Positions 18,701 through 28,183 of a DNA stretch of 64,000 bases are shown here, in pieces. Under the pieces are notes generated by a model. It saw only the letters and a list, made by a program, of their open reading frames with translations, was not told where the DNA came from and searched no databases. The DNA is from an uncultured virus (IMG/VR IMGVR_UViG_3300032053_000046) (lineage: Duplodnaviria; Heunggongvirae; Uroviricota; Caudoviricetes), in the IMG/VR virus record IMGVR_UViG_3300032053_000046, one strand, 5' to 3'. The stretch's first letter is position 1, and each line of letters begins with the position of its first letter. The translations under genes and the position numbers were made by a program.

Positions 18701-19018
18701 CCTGTGAAGTTGTACCATTCAGAAACTAATCGACCGTATTTCATGTTTCCTACTCCGTTAGTCGATGGCGGTATTTATTATGCAATCAATGTAGATACTA
18801 CACATATTAAGTTAGCTGCGACTTATGCAGACGCAATGGCACATACCCCAATAGATTTCAAGAACGGAGGATACGCTTTTGGACCCGTATGGCGTATTGC
18901 CGTCATTACACCGGGAACTGGCGAATATTCTTTCGGTTCCAACGGAGTATTTATCTTTGCAGCAGCGGACGCAAACAAGAACTTGACTTTAACTTATACT
19001 TATTCACTTTTTGCTTAG
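15752..19018 (+). CDS. Large virion structural/appendage protein (beta-propeller-like centre, two small beta modules)
   Basis: 1088 aa, G/S/T/Y-rich; VYIATSDGLYLY and LWSGHTTGLSKID blades; LPDPL..DTSYHIV and PTPLVDGGIYYAI modules. Confidence 0.7.
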   Translation: MFKNKGLYEWKLIENDKVVSEGSQWNTSTDQMPLVFGCWEGTGLFSGFSREITLSGSTVPAEDFRQRYSPWQRITTLSSGRSTSLSLITDPILNSAYVQYLFAPPGAPRTIRVIGSNFYAGSDYPYDYASFIELSVPITQQINQYLFVKYTIFYSFTAGGYNSPNNHYIQRKITQNLMYYAHQVFGLNSNVQGISPFNPPTTLNNVMRHIWELDIAASIQWSGPCYGHKWVRDYATTELVGPMGVFVFGFPMRGSNPQDIAVTIGYSTPSDFGPAISRVFAHPSGYMDQIFSDPGHTPSSQGTIALSGTPTNKHPIIGRVRITKTGDASDIIDDTFTVSGPPTDTIVTDSSQGHLVDELVRFTSTITLPDPLLPDTSYHIVYKSGTSMKVSSVQGGTPITLNDVGTGIHTVIRWNTGRFSLELEPWSYIYSAGSWRGYPVWQLSMGVDVDGKMQAHDNQESIAEDQATARTDNMIEDQVQVGDFIYSIQKSRSTELQNVCRWRFWTIETSEALCKFGTTGTKAYRMVKVGTNVYIATSDGLYLYNTLTPTVAPSLLTITNILSNPIYDLAYDPISGYLWSGHTTGLSKIDLGASTATQYITGVGEKLEGMSAGRAHIATGQLEAYNGRVIRGGCQLRAGDQYFTDGEKAWVLQDEVHDGNSIGWCSFGGAYDGSARGTCLRKGTNEIVDVSAHNLNRYTVVVTGVGTGNITTEDAWYLEGVTAYYEGYVVQLSDKIFKFLVRHSGGGGTFYGQTYVIGGSHRSLIIDASFSSWSQEYQYMGWPYGGTTNWWAHAFRNTVDLGNGVIVPIAHFNSMHYNAELGYPTPFGWSGSAWIKDNTGDRPIPKTGTTALLQGVSVAFNNATGKPWDQQFVLGDRFTWVHGPNKIKDNLQTMSVAAKNYHVPVDVANAIAFQIPAATPYVKHVTETTDPDFRATDPDPMVVKVMEGVTAYTSYTPTITSTWSVSDLPNDTIACGLNIADGTPVKLYHSETNRPYFMFPTPLVDGGIYYAINVDTTHIKLAATYADAMAHTPIDFKNGGYAFGPVWRIAVITPGTGEYSFGSNGVFIFAAADANKNLTLTYTYSLFA

Positions 19019-19026
19019 GAGATACT

Positions 19027-19236
19027 ATGACCACGGAAGACATTGTTTCTTTGATTGCACGTCAAGAGTATCTGACTGCACAGCTTAAAGTTCAGGTATT
19101 GAAAGATCCTATTGTGAAGGAAGATACATTTACTGCACTGACCAATCTTCTCAAGGTATCAGAGGCTTTGGATGATGGTATATGTGAAAATCTTGGTATT
19201 GAGTATATTGTAAAACTCAGGATGGGTCAGTTCTGA
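19027..19236 (+). CDS. Hypothetical protein
   Basis: AGGAG RBS before ATG at 19027. Confidence 0.6.
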   Translation: MTTEDIVSLIARQEYLTAQLKVQVLKDPIVKEDTFTALTNLLKVSEALDDGICENLGIEYIVKLRMGQF

Positions 19237-19238
19237 AT

Positions 19239-20711
19239 ATGTCGCTACCTGTAACCGATAAGCAAGAACTTTTTGTAAATGGGTATGGCACTGAGTCCAT
19301 ACCTCAAGGGATCTCTGTTAAGGGATCTCTGTGGACTGTCATGCAGTCTTACGGGAAGCTGCTGATAAAAGAGTATTACACAGATTATGTTTCGTCTCTT
19401 AGATTTTCCCTACTTAATTTTACTGTTTCACCTGCTTTACAAAGTAATGGGACATTTTACAGTGATCGTTTTTGGGTATGGTGTGTTAATGTAAATAAGG
19501 TTTTGATATTATTTGAGATTGAGCCAAATATAGGGTCTGATTCTATAGTCCACTTTACAAGGGTTTTGTATCTTAATGTAGGTAGTGTTAGTGTTTACTT
19601 GAACGAGTTTGATGCAGTTCGGGTTCTTGTGTTGTCAAATTCATTGCCAAAGTCTTTGAAGTTATTGAGGTATATTGATGTTAAAGTAGATTCTCCTGTA
19701 GTTACAGTTTTGGATTGGGACTCTACTCGTCTTAATTCTTTGACAAATTTTGTTAGTCTTGGTTTGTCTGTTGCTTATTCAAACGCAGCATCTCCACCTT
19801 CGATTTACACAGAGGATTATTCGGTTCCTATACCTGTGGGATTGACTGCCGTGCAGGTGTCCCCTCTTGGTATTCAGGTTGATTGGGGTGTTTCTTTAGG
19901 GTCAGATCAGTACGTGCTTCAAAGATCAGACGATCCTTTGTTTGGTACGTCAATTGATGTTTATACTGGACCTTTGTTGACCTTTCTTGACATGGTTCCG
20001 TCTGTAGGGGTTTACTACTACAGAGTAAAAGCCCAAATAATCTCTTCTTTATTGGAGTCTGGTTGGTCAAATATTGCAGAAGTTGGCATGAGTTTGGGGT
20101 GTGATATTTCGGACGGTGTTAGTGTTTCTGAGAATCTTCAGGTATCTAAGGGGGTTACTCCTCCTCCATCCACGATAAGTATTTCTGTATCTGATTTTGT
20201 GATTATTTCTGATGGTATACACGTAGTAAAACCTTCGGGATCTAATTGTGGAATAGTTGCTACTGTTATTAAGCAGGAAATAGATGTCTGTGGGCAGCTT
20301 TATGAGCAGGTGAATTTCTTTGATTACAACTGTACCCCACCCGAAGTTTTTCATTTAGTAAACAAGAGTGGTAGTGCTGTTTTTGTTGGTAATGATCAAA
20401 GTGCGGCAATGAGTTTCACACCTGGGAATCCTTTGGTTGACTATATACAGTCACATACTTTTCCGGCGTGGGTAGAGACGTATAGACTTGAAGGTGATTT
20501 TACTTGTGAAGATACGTGGGTTTTGCAGGTATTGAATGCTTCTTCTGTTGTTATTCAGTCATGGGTTATGCCAGCTTCGGGAGCTTCTTTACATTTTGCA
20601 CGTAATTTTGTTAATTCACCAACAGACTTAGCTATCGGTGTTAAGATAAACTCCAATATGCAGCTTGACTTTAGTTCTTTTGCAATAAGAAGGATGACCT
20701 ACTCCGTGTGA
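19239..20711 (+). CDS. Virion protein with fibronectin type III domain
   Basis: PVGLTA...IQVDW.....YVLQRS...YYYRVKA.....SGWSN. Confidence 0.75.
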   Translation: MSLPVTDKQELFVNGYGTESIPQGISVKGSLWTVMQSYGKLLIKEYYTDYVSSLRFSLLNFTVSPALQSNGTFYSDRFWVWCVNVNKVLILFEIEPNIGSDSIVHFTRVLYLNVGSVSVYLNEFDAVRVLVLSNSLPKSLKLLRYIDVKVDSPVVTVLDWDSTRLNSLTNFVSLGLSVAYSNAASPPSIYTEDYSVPIPVGLTAVQVSPLGIQVDWGVSLGSDQYVLQRSDDPLFGTSIDVYTGPLLTFLDMVPSVGVYYYRVKAQIISSLLESGWSNIAEVGMSLGCDISDGVSVSENLQVSKGVTPPPSTISISVSDFVIISDGIHVVKPSGSNCGIVATVIKQEIDVCGQLYEQVNFFDYNCTPPEVFHLVNKSGSAVFVGNDQSAAMSFTPGNPLVDYIQSHTFPAWVETYRLEGDFTCEDTWVLQVLNASSVVIQSWVMPASGASLHFARNFVNSPTDLAIGVKINSNMQLDFSSFAIRRMTYSV

Positions 20712-20719
20712 GGTGAAGT

Positions 20720-20941
20720 ATGCTGAAATCAATTTTGGTAAATGGTAGGTTGATTCATTATGATGATCCAAGCAATCATCACCATACTGGTGAACAAATA
20801 AAAGAAACACAGCACACTCAGTCTGAGTTGATTGTCGAAAAGGAGGAAAAAACAGATGTTGTGAGTTCGGTTTTTGACTCAGACATAGTTGAGCCTGCTG
20901 TTTCTGGACAAAAGAAGAAAAAGAACAGATCAACCTTATAA
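20720..20941 (+). CDS. Hypothetical protein
   Basis: GAGGTG RBS; fills the gap before the sheath gene. Confidence 0.55.
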   Translation: MLKSILVNGRLIHYDDPSNHHHTGEQIKETQHTQSELIVEKEEKTDVVSSVFDSDIVEPAVSGQKKKKNRSTL

Positions 20942-20958
20942 TTTTGGAGGTTTTGGTT

Positions 20959-22818
20959 ATGGGAAATACTTATCCTTTGCTCAGTCCCGGTGTAGCGTTT
21001 CGTGAGTTTGATTTTTCACAGTATGCAGAGCGGCTGTCTTCAACTATTTTTGGAGTGGTTGGTCGGGCTGCTAAGGGAAAGGTTAATGACAGGATTAAGG
21101 TTGCTAACCCTACTGAGCTTGTGAATCAGCTTGGTTATCCTAATCCTTCTTGGAAGGATCGTTCTTGGTATTCGATGGAGCAGTATCTCAAGATCGGAAA
21201 TCAGGGTGTGTTTGTTCGTGTTATTAACCTGAAAGTTCCGAACGAGGTTATTGGTTCGGGTACTGGTGTTCAGGTTCATTATAGTGGTACTTTAGTAAAT
21301 CATCCGTTGACTCCAAATACTATTGACTTCTCTTATCCGAATGCTGTACACACCCCTACCCCTCATCATGCTTATGATAATGGTTTGGGAAGGGTGATCG
21401 AGGATGGTAATGATATTGGAAGTATTGATTATCAGACAGGTGCGTATGATGTGACTTTTGCTTATGCCCCTGATTCTGGATCGAATAATGTTCTTTGCAG
21501 TTACTCGGAATCTGGTATTGCTCAAGCAGTGGTTACAGATAGTGGGGTGAATAAGATTTTAAGAATATCAGCAACTTCTCCGGGTACTTGGGCAAATACT
21601 GTTGCGAGTGGTGGTATACGAATTCAGATTCGTAATGTGGTAACTCCGGGTAGTGGGCCTTGTGATGACTTTGACCTTGCTGTTCAGGGTTGGGATGTGC
21701 TTTCAAATGCCTTTGCTGATATTGAACAGTATTCTGGGTTGAGTCTTATTGCTTCAAGTGATAACTATATTGTGAAAGTTATCAATGAAGGCCGTCGTGG
21801 TGATCCAATTTCCCAAAATATTGTTGTAGAAGTTCTTAACAACACTTACACTCTTGTTGATAATAATTATTCATTTGCTCTTGGTGATGATGGTGCTGAT
21901 CTTGATGCTATTGACTATGCAGGAACTCTTGCGAGTCAGACAGGTGTTTACGCAATGGCAAACAGCAAGATTCTCGATCTGAATGTTGTTGCGGTTCCGG
22001 GTGTACAGATTGATGGTACTCATGTCTCTGTCTCTGGTTATAAGTCAATTATTGATGCAATGGAAGATATGTGTCGGAATGTTCGGCGTGACTGTTTCTA
22101 TCTTGTTGATCCTCCGATGGGGTATAACCGTCAGCAGGTTATTTCATGGAGAAAGGGGAATAACGGACCTGCAAAAGATACTTCTTATGGTGCGCTTTAT
22201 TGGCCTTGGATTATCAGTGATGATCCGTATAATAATGTGAATGTGATTCTTCCTCCTTCCGGGTTTGTGGCTCAACGATATGCTTATAATGATCAAGTGG
22301 CAGCAGCTTGGTTTGCTCCTGCTGGTTTGAATCGTGGTGTGTTGAATCCTCAGCCGCTTGGGTTGCAGTTTACGCCTACAGATGCAGACGTGGATGCTCT
22401 GTATGACCGTAAGGTAAATGTCAACACAATTCTTCCTGACCCGTCTGCTGGATTTGTTGTATGGGGTCAGCGGACATTGCAGAATCGTCCTACCAAGTTG
22501 GATAGGGTTAATGTGCGTCGTATGCTTCTGTACTTGGAGAAGGTTATTTCAACTTCAGTCAAGTATCTGGTATTCGAGCCGGATGATGAGTTGACTTGGA
22601 CTACCTTTATTCATCTTGTTACTCCGTATGTTGAAGAAGTAAAGAACGGTCGTGGTCTTGATGATGTGAAGGTGATTTGTGATAAAACCACAAATACTGA
22701 CATTGCCAAGGATCGTTCGGAGATGTATGGGAAGATTCTTTTGAAGCCTACCCCAACGGCGGAATATATTATCATAGACTTCAATTTGTATAATTCTGGA
22801 GGTAACTTTAGTGCGTAG
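20959..22818 (+). CDS. Tail sheath protein (T4 gp18-like)
   Basis: SPGVAFREFD, YGALYWPW, WFAPAGLNRG, VWGQRTL, RVNVRRML motifs; GGAGG RBS. Confidence 0.95.
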   Translation: MGNTYPLLSPGVAFREFDFSQYAERLSSTIFGVVGRAAKGKVNDRIKVANPTELVNQLGYPNPSWKDRSWYSMEQYLKIGNQGVFVRVINLKVPNEVIGSGTGVQVHYSGTLVNHPLTPNTIDFSYPNAVHTPTPHHAYDNGLGRVIEDGNDIGSIDYQTGAYDVTFAYAPDSGSNNVLCSYSESGIAQAVVTDSGVNKILRISATSPGTWANTVASGGIRIQIRNVVTPGSGPCDDFDLAVQGWDVLSNAFADIEQYSGLSLIASSDNYIVKVINEGRRGDPISQNIVVEVLNNTYTLVDNNYSFALGDDGADLDAIDYAGTLASQTGVYAMANSKILDLNVVAVPGVQIDGTHVSVSGYKSIIDAMEDMCRNVRRDCFYLVDPPMGYNRQQVISWRKGNNGPAKDTSYGALYWPWIISDDPYNNVNVILPPSGFVAQRYAYNDQVAAAWFAPAGLNRGVLNPQPLGLQFTPTDADVDALYDRKVNVNTILPDPSAGFVVWGQRTLQNRPTKLDRVNVRRMLLYLEKVISTSVKYLVFEPDDELTWTTFIHLVTPYVEEVKNGRGLDDVKVICDKTTNTDIAKDRSEMYGKILLKPTPTAEYIIIDFNLYNSGGNFSA

Positions 22819-22873
22819 ACTGTAATCTCGTGTTGTTTCTTGGAATTTTACAAATAATCACAAAGGAGTTAAA

Positions 22874-23431
22874 ATGAATGACTTGAGCGCGAGTCATCTG
22901 GCAGCAGGGGGTGGCGCATTTGAAGAACAGCGTGGTAACAATGCATTGCTTCGGATAACGGGACTTTCTGAGAATAACCCGTTGGCAAGAGGGGAGCCAA
23001 TTATCACTCTTTCTCTTCAGTCATTTCCGTTGCCTGTAACGACGGTGGAAGCGATTGAGACAAACTTCTTGAATGAGAAGAGGAAGATTGCCGGTTTGGT
23101 CACATTTGAGGATATGGAAGTTGTCTTCAAGGATTTTGTGGATCAGGGTACGGCTCGTGTTTTGAAGTTGTGGCACGAAGAAGTGTATGACCCGGTGACG
23201 GGCCGTATTGGTCTTGCTCGTAATTACAAGAAGATGGGTGAGATTCAGTTGTTTGGTCCTAATCAGCAGTATAATCGTTTCTGGACTTGCATTGGTATGT
23301 GGCCTACGACGTATAATGCTGGTACAATCGACATGGCTTCATCGGAACCTGTTAAGGTGTCTTTGACTATTTCGATTGATAAGTGTTATGCAGGTAAGGG
23401 TTTGGTGAACGCAGAGCTTGTTGGTGCATAG
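22874..23431 (+). CDS. Tail tube protein (T4 gp19-like)
   Basis: Follows sheath; RKIAG..TFED, W...VYDP.TG.IG...YKK, GMWPT motifs. Confidence 0.9.
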   Translation: MNDLSASHLAAGGGAFEEQRGNNALLRITGLSENNPLARGEPIITLSLQSFPLPVTTVEAIETNFLNEKRKIAGLVTFEDMEVVFKDFVDQGTARVLKLWHEEVYDPVTGRIGLARNYKKMGEIQLFGPNQQYNRFWTCIGMWPTTYNAGTIDMASSEPVKVSLTISIDKCYAGKGLVNAELVGA

Positions 23432-23437
23432 ATAGTA

Positions 23438-23500
23438 AGAGGGCGTTGGCGTGACAGTTTCCTAACTGTCACTCCATGCTTTCTTTTTGTTTTACTTTTC
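23438..23500 (+). terminator. Terminator-like hairpin after tail tube
   Basis: GTGACAGTT-tcct-AACTGTCAC with an extended lower stem and T-rich tail. Confidence 0.7.
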
Positions 23501-23527
23501 TTCACAACCTCAACATGAGGAGTTGTT

Positions 23528-24334
23528 ATGGCTACGGGTATTCCGAGTGGTCTTCCTACGTCTGGTGTGTCTGTTCTTCCCTCCAACACTTTCTCCATTA
23601 CTTTACCAAGTAAGGGCTTGCTCTATGATGGTAAAGTACCTGATGGTACGGTTCTTTTACGTCCGTTGACGGCAAAAGAACTTTCGATTTTGTACAATCC
23701 CGGTGGAGATGCAATGGTCAAGTTGAACATGATTATCTCATCATGTGTTGTGAATTGTCAGCTTGATCCTACGGATTTTCTACTTACTGATAGAATGTAC
23801 ACTCTTTTGATTCTTCGTACACGTTCTATGGGTGCTATCTATGAGTTCCCTTTGAAGTGTGAGGCGTGTGGAGCGCAGTACAAGGAGAAGATTGACATAT
23901 CCACAGAGTTGAAAACGAAAGAATTATCCCCAGAAACCAAAGAGCCTATTGAGTTGAAGTTGCCTAATTCTGGTGATATTATCACCTACAGATTTTTGAG
24001 GGGTAGGGATGAGAACGCTATTGCTAAGAGTGCAAAGCGTATGATTATGCAGTCAACTGATCCTTCTGATCCTTCTTTCATTATGCGAATAGCCACCATG
24101 CTTCAGTCTGTTGGTGATAAGGCAGATTTGGATTATTATGCAAAAGAGTCTTATGTCTCTGGGTTGGATGCGGGTGATATTAACGAAATCTCGAATGATG
24201 TAGAGGAGAAGGAGTCTGGAATTTCTCTTATTGTTAATACCGAGTGCCGTAAGTGTGGCTACTTGGACGAGGTAATGATGCCCTTTACGGCGGAATTTTT
24301 TCGTCCACGCAGACGGGAAACAGTCGGACATTGA
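23528..24334 (+). CDS. Baseplate hub / tail assembly chaperone (T4 gp26-like)
   Basis: ITLPSKG, LRPLTAKE, LRTRSMG, two CxxC pairs, C-terminal EFFRP. Confidence 0.8.
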   Translation: MATGIPSGLPTSGVSVLPSNTFSITLPSKGLLYDGKVPDGTVLLRPLTAKELSILYNPGGDAMVKLNMIISSCVVNCQLDPTDFLLTDRMYTLLILRTRSMGAIYEFPLKCEACGAQYKEKIDISTELKTKELSPETKEPIELKLPNSGDIITYRFLRGRDENAIAKSAKRMIMQSTDPSDPSFIMRIATMLQSVGDKADLDYYAKESYVSGLDAGDINEISNDVEEKESGISLIVNTECRKCGYLDEVMMPFTAEFFRPRRRETVGH

Positions 24335-24338
24335 TGAC

Positions 24339-24530
24339 ATGCTTTTTGAGTTGTCCTATTATGGGCACATAGCTGCTGAGTGGGTTGAGGCTCTTCCGTG
24401 GGAGAGAGTAAGATACCTTCATGGGAAGTTAGCGGATACTAAGAAGGAAGAACGAAGGCAGGAAGAAGAACAGGCAAAGGCAATGTCGAAGAATAAGATG
24501 CGTTCTCCGAGAATGTCGAGGATTCGATAA
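24339..24530 (+). CDS. Tail chaperone second ORF (gp51/gpT-like), possibly reached by frameshift
   Basis: LFELSYYG...LPW.R...L pattern; frame open from 24279; directly precedes tape measure. Confidence 0.7.
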   Translation: MLFELSYYGHIAAEWVEALPWERVRYLHGKLADTKKEERRQEEEQAKAMSKNKMRSPRMSRIR

Positions 24531-27128
24531 ATGAATATGTCTCCGGGTACAGGTGGAAGTGCATCTATCGGGATGTCAAATGTGGGCTTCCTGTTGTCAT
24601 TTATTGATGATGCTTCCCCACACCTGAAAAGGGTTACTTCTGCATATCGTCAATTGACTTCTGCAATGGACGAAGCCTACAAGAAGGCTAATCAGACAGG
24701 TTTGTTTACGAATGGGTTAGAGCGCATTATTCGAGGGATGGAGAAGTATGTGGAGATAGGTCATCAGGCTGTAGGCTTGATGGCCTCATTTTCACAGTTG
24801 TCGAGAGGTAAATTTGGGAAAGTTAGTGTTGATGTGAAGCTACGAAGGTTACCGAGACTTGTTCCATTGGCAGAGGGTGGTATAGTAACACGTCCAACAA
24901 GAGCGTTGATTGGCGAGAATGGCCCTGAAGCTGTTATACCTTTGAAGAAGGGGAGAGGGGGTTCTGGTTGGGTTGGGCCTATGGTCGCGGGCGGGGCAAT
25001 GGGTGAGATTTCGGGTATGGTAGGGAAGATAAAAAGTGATTACGGGGAGATAGAACAGCATGTTATGACAATCAACGAGTTATCTAAGAGAATGAGACAA
25101 TATGATGCGGGTTCTCGTAAAGATATGTTGAAAACAAGGAATTTATTATCTCAAGCATTTAAGGGTGCGGCGTATGACATAGAAGACGCAACTGAAGCAA
25201 TATATAATCTTAGTGCAAAGGCTGAATTATCGACTGAGGATGCTATTAAGTTAGGTAAAACAATTGCTTTGCTAAAGCACTATCAGGGTATTGATTTAGG
25301 TAAATTTGCAGAGAACCTTTCCTTTTATTCTGGTATGGCTACAGATGACGTGAATCAACTTATGCTTGAGTTGTCTAAGGGTTGGAGTGAGATGGAAAAG
25401 AGGACAGGAGTTAAAATAGGTTTGAATGTTTTAGACGAGTACCTTCAAAAAGAAGCAGATTTGGCAAGACTTATGAGAGGTACTTGGAAGGCTGCGGATA
25501 TGCCCAAGTATATAAAGTCAATGACCCTTCTTGGTGGTGAGTTGTACCAGTCAGGAATAGATGCTGACATAATAAATGATGTGATAAAAGAAGTTAATCT
25601 CGGTACTCCAGAAGCAATAAATAAACTTACTGCGTTAGGGTTGACTCAAAGGGACGTAAATGCCGCTCTGTTGGCTGGTAAACCAGAAGACATAATGAAA
25701 CCTATCTTTGCTAAGGCATCACAAGCATATACAGCACTTCAGCAGGGGTCGTTACAAGGTGCTCAGATGCGTTCAGCTTTTGAAGATGTGTTTGGATCTG
25801 CGGGGGACTCTTTGATTGACATGGGAGCAAGGGCAGATGATTTTAATGTTGCTGCCAGTAAGATGCATGGACAGACTGAAGGGATTGGTGCTAGTTTTGA
25901 CAGCATAAATAAAAAGGCTATGGGAGTGTATTCTACGTTTCAAAAGATTGGTCATCAAGTGGATATATTTTCTAAGACTAATGTTGTCTTTCAAAATTTA
26001 GTTAATACTTTCGAGGGTCTTTTGCCGATGCTTGAGTCTTTATTTTTCTTTGTTGGGTTGTTTAAGATGAGTGGTTTTTCAAAGATGTTTACGGGTCTTT
26101 TGAAAGGGGCAAAAGGGTTAGAAGAGGGAGAGAAAATAGGATTGATACCTAAGATGTTGTTTGGTAAAAAGGCAGAAAAAGGAATGTTTAAGCTACTAGG
26201 TAAGAGTAAGATAGGAAAGATTGCTGGAAAGTCTTTTGCGAAGGGTTTTGGTGAAGGGTTCGGTCTTTTTTCTAAAGGTTTTGGTAAGGGTGGTGGGGAG
26301 ATTCTAAATCTTCTGAAAGTATTTTCTAAGTTTAAGATGTTTGGTGGAATAATAGGATCTCTTGTGATGCTACTTCCTGACTTATTTTTGTCATTTAAGT
26401 TCTCACTACCTTTTAGGATCGCATTGGAAGACCTGAGACTACAGTTTATGCAGATAATTGATACTGTTAAGGGGTTTGCAAAGTCAATTTTAGGGTCTGG
26501 TTCTAAAGGGTTAGTTTCTGTGTTTGGTTTTTTGGAAAAGGTTGGTAAAAAGATAGTCCCTATTTGGGATAGGGTAGCCCGTAAGTTTGATTGGTTGGGT
26601 AAAATATGGAAAGGGATAGTTTCTTGGGATATTTGGAAAACAATTGGAGGATGGATTGAGAATATGGATGTTTCTACTGGAATACTTCAGGTACTTGAAT
26701 TGGTTTTGGATGGAATAAAATTTGTTGTGTGGGGTGTTATGACTACGGTGGAGTCAATAGTAGTTGCTGCTCAATACGCTAAAGGTTTAATTGATCTTAT
26801 TAGAGGTAAGGAAACATGGAAAAATTTCACTGACATATATAAGGGAGGAATTGATACTTCTAAGGGTATTTGGAAAGGGTTATTTGAGGGCAGGAAAGAA
26901 GTAGATGTTCAAAAAGTTCGTGCGGATATGGGGATGGGTGCTGTGGTAAAGGATAAGAGTGGTAAAGATGTTTTAGTGAACGTGGATATGTCGGGATTAG
27001 AAAAAAGGATGGATGCTGCAAGGGCTTTACAGAAGCAGCAGCTTGAGGAGCAAAAGAAGACAAGAAAAGCAGCAACTTCTTCCGTTGGTGGTATTCCTCT
27101 TGCGGACTTGGGTGTGTCTGTTTGGTAG
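24531..27128 (+). CDS. Tape measure protein
   Basis: 865 aa, helical A/G/K-rich; LAEGGIV.RPT.ALIGE.GPEAVIPL motif; canonical position. Confidence 0.85.
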   Translation: MNMSPGTGGSASIGMSNVGFLLSFIDDASPHLKRVTSAYRQLTSAMDEAYKKANQTGLFTNGLERIIRGMEKYVEIGHQAVGLMASFSQLSRGKFGKVSVDVKLRRLPRLVPLAEGGIVTRPTRALIGENGPEAVIPLKKGRGGSGWVGPMVAGGAMGEISGMVGKIKSDYGEIEQHVMTINELSKRMRQYDAGSRKDMLKTRNLLSQAFKGAAYDIEDATEAIYNLSAKAELSTEDAIKLGKTIALLKHYQGIDLGKFAENLSFYSGMATDDVNQLMLELSKGWSEMEKRTGVKIGLNVLDEYLQKEADLARLMRGTWKAADMPKYIKSMTLLGGELYQSGIDADIINDVIKEVNLGTPEAINKLTALGLTQRDVNAALLAGKPEDIMKPIFAKASQAYTALQQGSLQGAQMRSAFEDVFGSAGDSLIDMGARADDFNVAASKMHGQTEGIGASFDSINKKAMGVYSTFQKIGHQVDIFSKTNVVFQNLVNTFEGLLPMLESLFFFVGLFKMSGFSKMFTGLLKGAKGLEEGEKIGLIPKMLFGKKAEKGMFKLLGKSKIGKIAGKSFAKGFGEGFGLFSKGFGKGGGEILNLLKVFSKFKMFGGIIGSLVMLLPDLFLSFKFSLPFRIALEDLRLQFMQIIDTVKGFAKSILGSGSKGLVSVFGFLEKVGKKIVPIWDRVARKFDWLGKIWKGIVSWDIWKTIGGWIENMDVSTGILQVLELVLDGIKFVVWGVMTTVESIVVAAQYAKGLIDLIRGKETWKNFTDIYKGGIDTSKGIWKGLFEGRKEVDVQKVRADMGMGAVVKDKSGKDVLVNVDMSGLEKRMDAARALQKQQLEEQKKTRKAATSSVGGIPLADLGVSVW

Positions 27129-27137
27129 GAGTGAAAT

Positions 27138-27863
27138 ATGTCAAGTGCTGTGACAGGTGGAAGTAATTACTCTTACGCTGACCATGAGAACAAGGCGTAT
27201 CTTCTGATTGATAGGGACTATCCTCAGAAGTTGAGGGACTTGTTTTCTATGCAGCGACTTGGTTTTACTTATTTACCGGAGGAGATAAATCACTCTGGGG
27301 CAGAACCAACATACAATGATATAGAGATTGTAGGTCGTTGGGCACCGTATCAGGTGTACCAGAATACCTCTGCCGAAGAGTTTTCTTTCACACTACAGTT
27401 TTTTGCTTATGTGAGTGTGCAGAAGGATGTTGTTGACAAGGTGAATTTTCTAAGATCCCTGAAATATCCTGTGAGTTATGGTGGAATATCATATAGACCT
27501 CCAAAAGTCCTTTTTGTTTTTGGGGATTTGATAGCAAAGATGTGTATTGTGAAAGAGGCTACTCCTGTGTATCGGGCACCTTGGGAAGTTAATCAGGAAG
27601 CTCGTATGAATACTTTTTATGATAAGGGTGGTCATGTTCAACAACAATACCAACAGACCGGGAGAGGTGAATACGCTTTACGTCCTATGTCTGCTGAATG
27701 TAGTGTGACTCTTGGTGTTGTTAGTGATATTTCTATATCTGGTGGAAGTGTTTCTTTTGGAAGGGATAATTTGGTTTTGCAAGACAGTCATTATGTTTCA
27801 GTTACTACAGAGACAGATGTGAACAGTGATAGTTGGAAAACACAAGACAGTCAGGTTGGTTAA
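27138..27863 (+). CDS. Tail tube initiator / baseplate-tube junction protein
   Basis: PEEI, I.GR..P...Y..T, FLRSLKYP..RPPKVLFVFG motifs. Confidence 0.7.
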   Translation: MSSAVTGGSNYSYADHENKAYLLIDRDYPQKLRDLFSMQRLGFTYLPEEINHSGAEPTYNDIEIVGRWAPYQVYQNTSAEEFSFTLQFFAYVSVQKDVVDKVNFLRSLKYPVSYGGISYRPPKVLFVFGDLIAKMCIVKEATPVYRAPWEVNQEARMNTFYDKGGHVQQQYQQTGRGEYALRPMSAECSVTLGVVSDISISGGSVSFGRDNLVLQDSHYVSVTTETDVNSDSWKTQDSQVG

Positions 27864-28180
27864 TGTCAGTTGATCTAAAACCAACTTCTCGGATGTTGAG
27901 TACACCATTGCTTGCTGATGGTGGGTCGGAGTATTTCGATGTTTGGGAACCTATAGTATTTCCTGAGTCTGATAACGATGTTATTCACACTGTTATCGAG
28001 ACTCAAGTTGGTCGATTGGATTTGATAGCTGTTATGTACTACAATGACCCTAATTTGTGGTGGGTTATTGCACACGCAAATAAGGTTGAGGACATTTTTG
28101 AGGAGCTTATTCCTGGTATGAGAATAAGGATTCCGGCTTTTGATAGTGTAAAACTTGTTCTTAATAGTCTTGTGAGTTAA
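27863..28180 (+). CDS. LysM-like baseplate protein (gpX/gp53-like)
   Basis: RLDLIA..YY.DP.LWWVIAHAN...L.PG.RIRIP. Confidence 0.85.
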   Translation: MSVDLKPTSRMLSTPLLADGGSEYFDVWEPIVFPESDNDVIHTVIETQVGRLDLIAVMYYNDPNLWWVIAHANKVEDIFEELIPGMRIRIPAFDSVKLVLNSLVS

Positions 28181-28183
28181 AGT

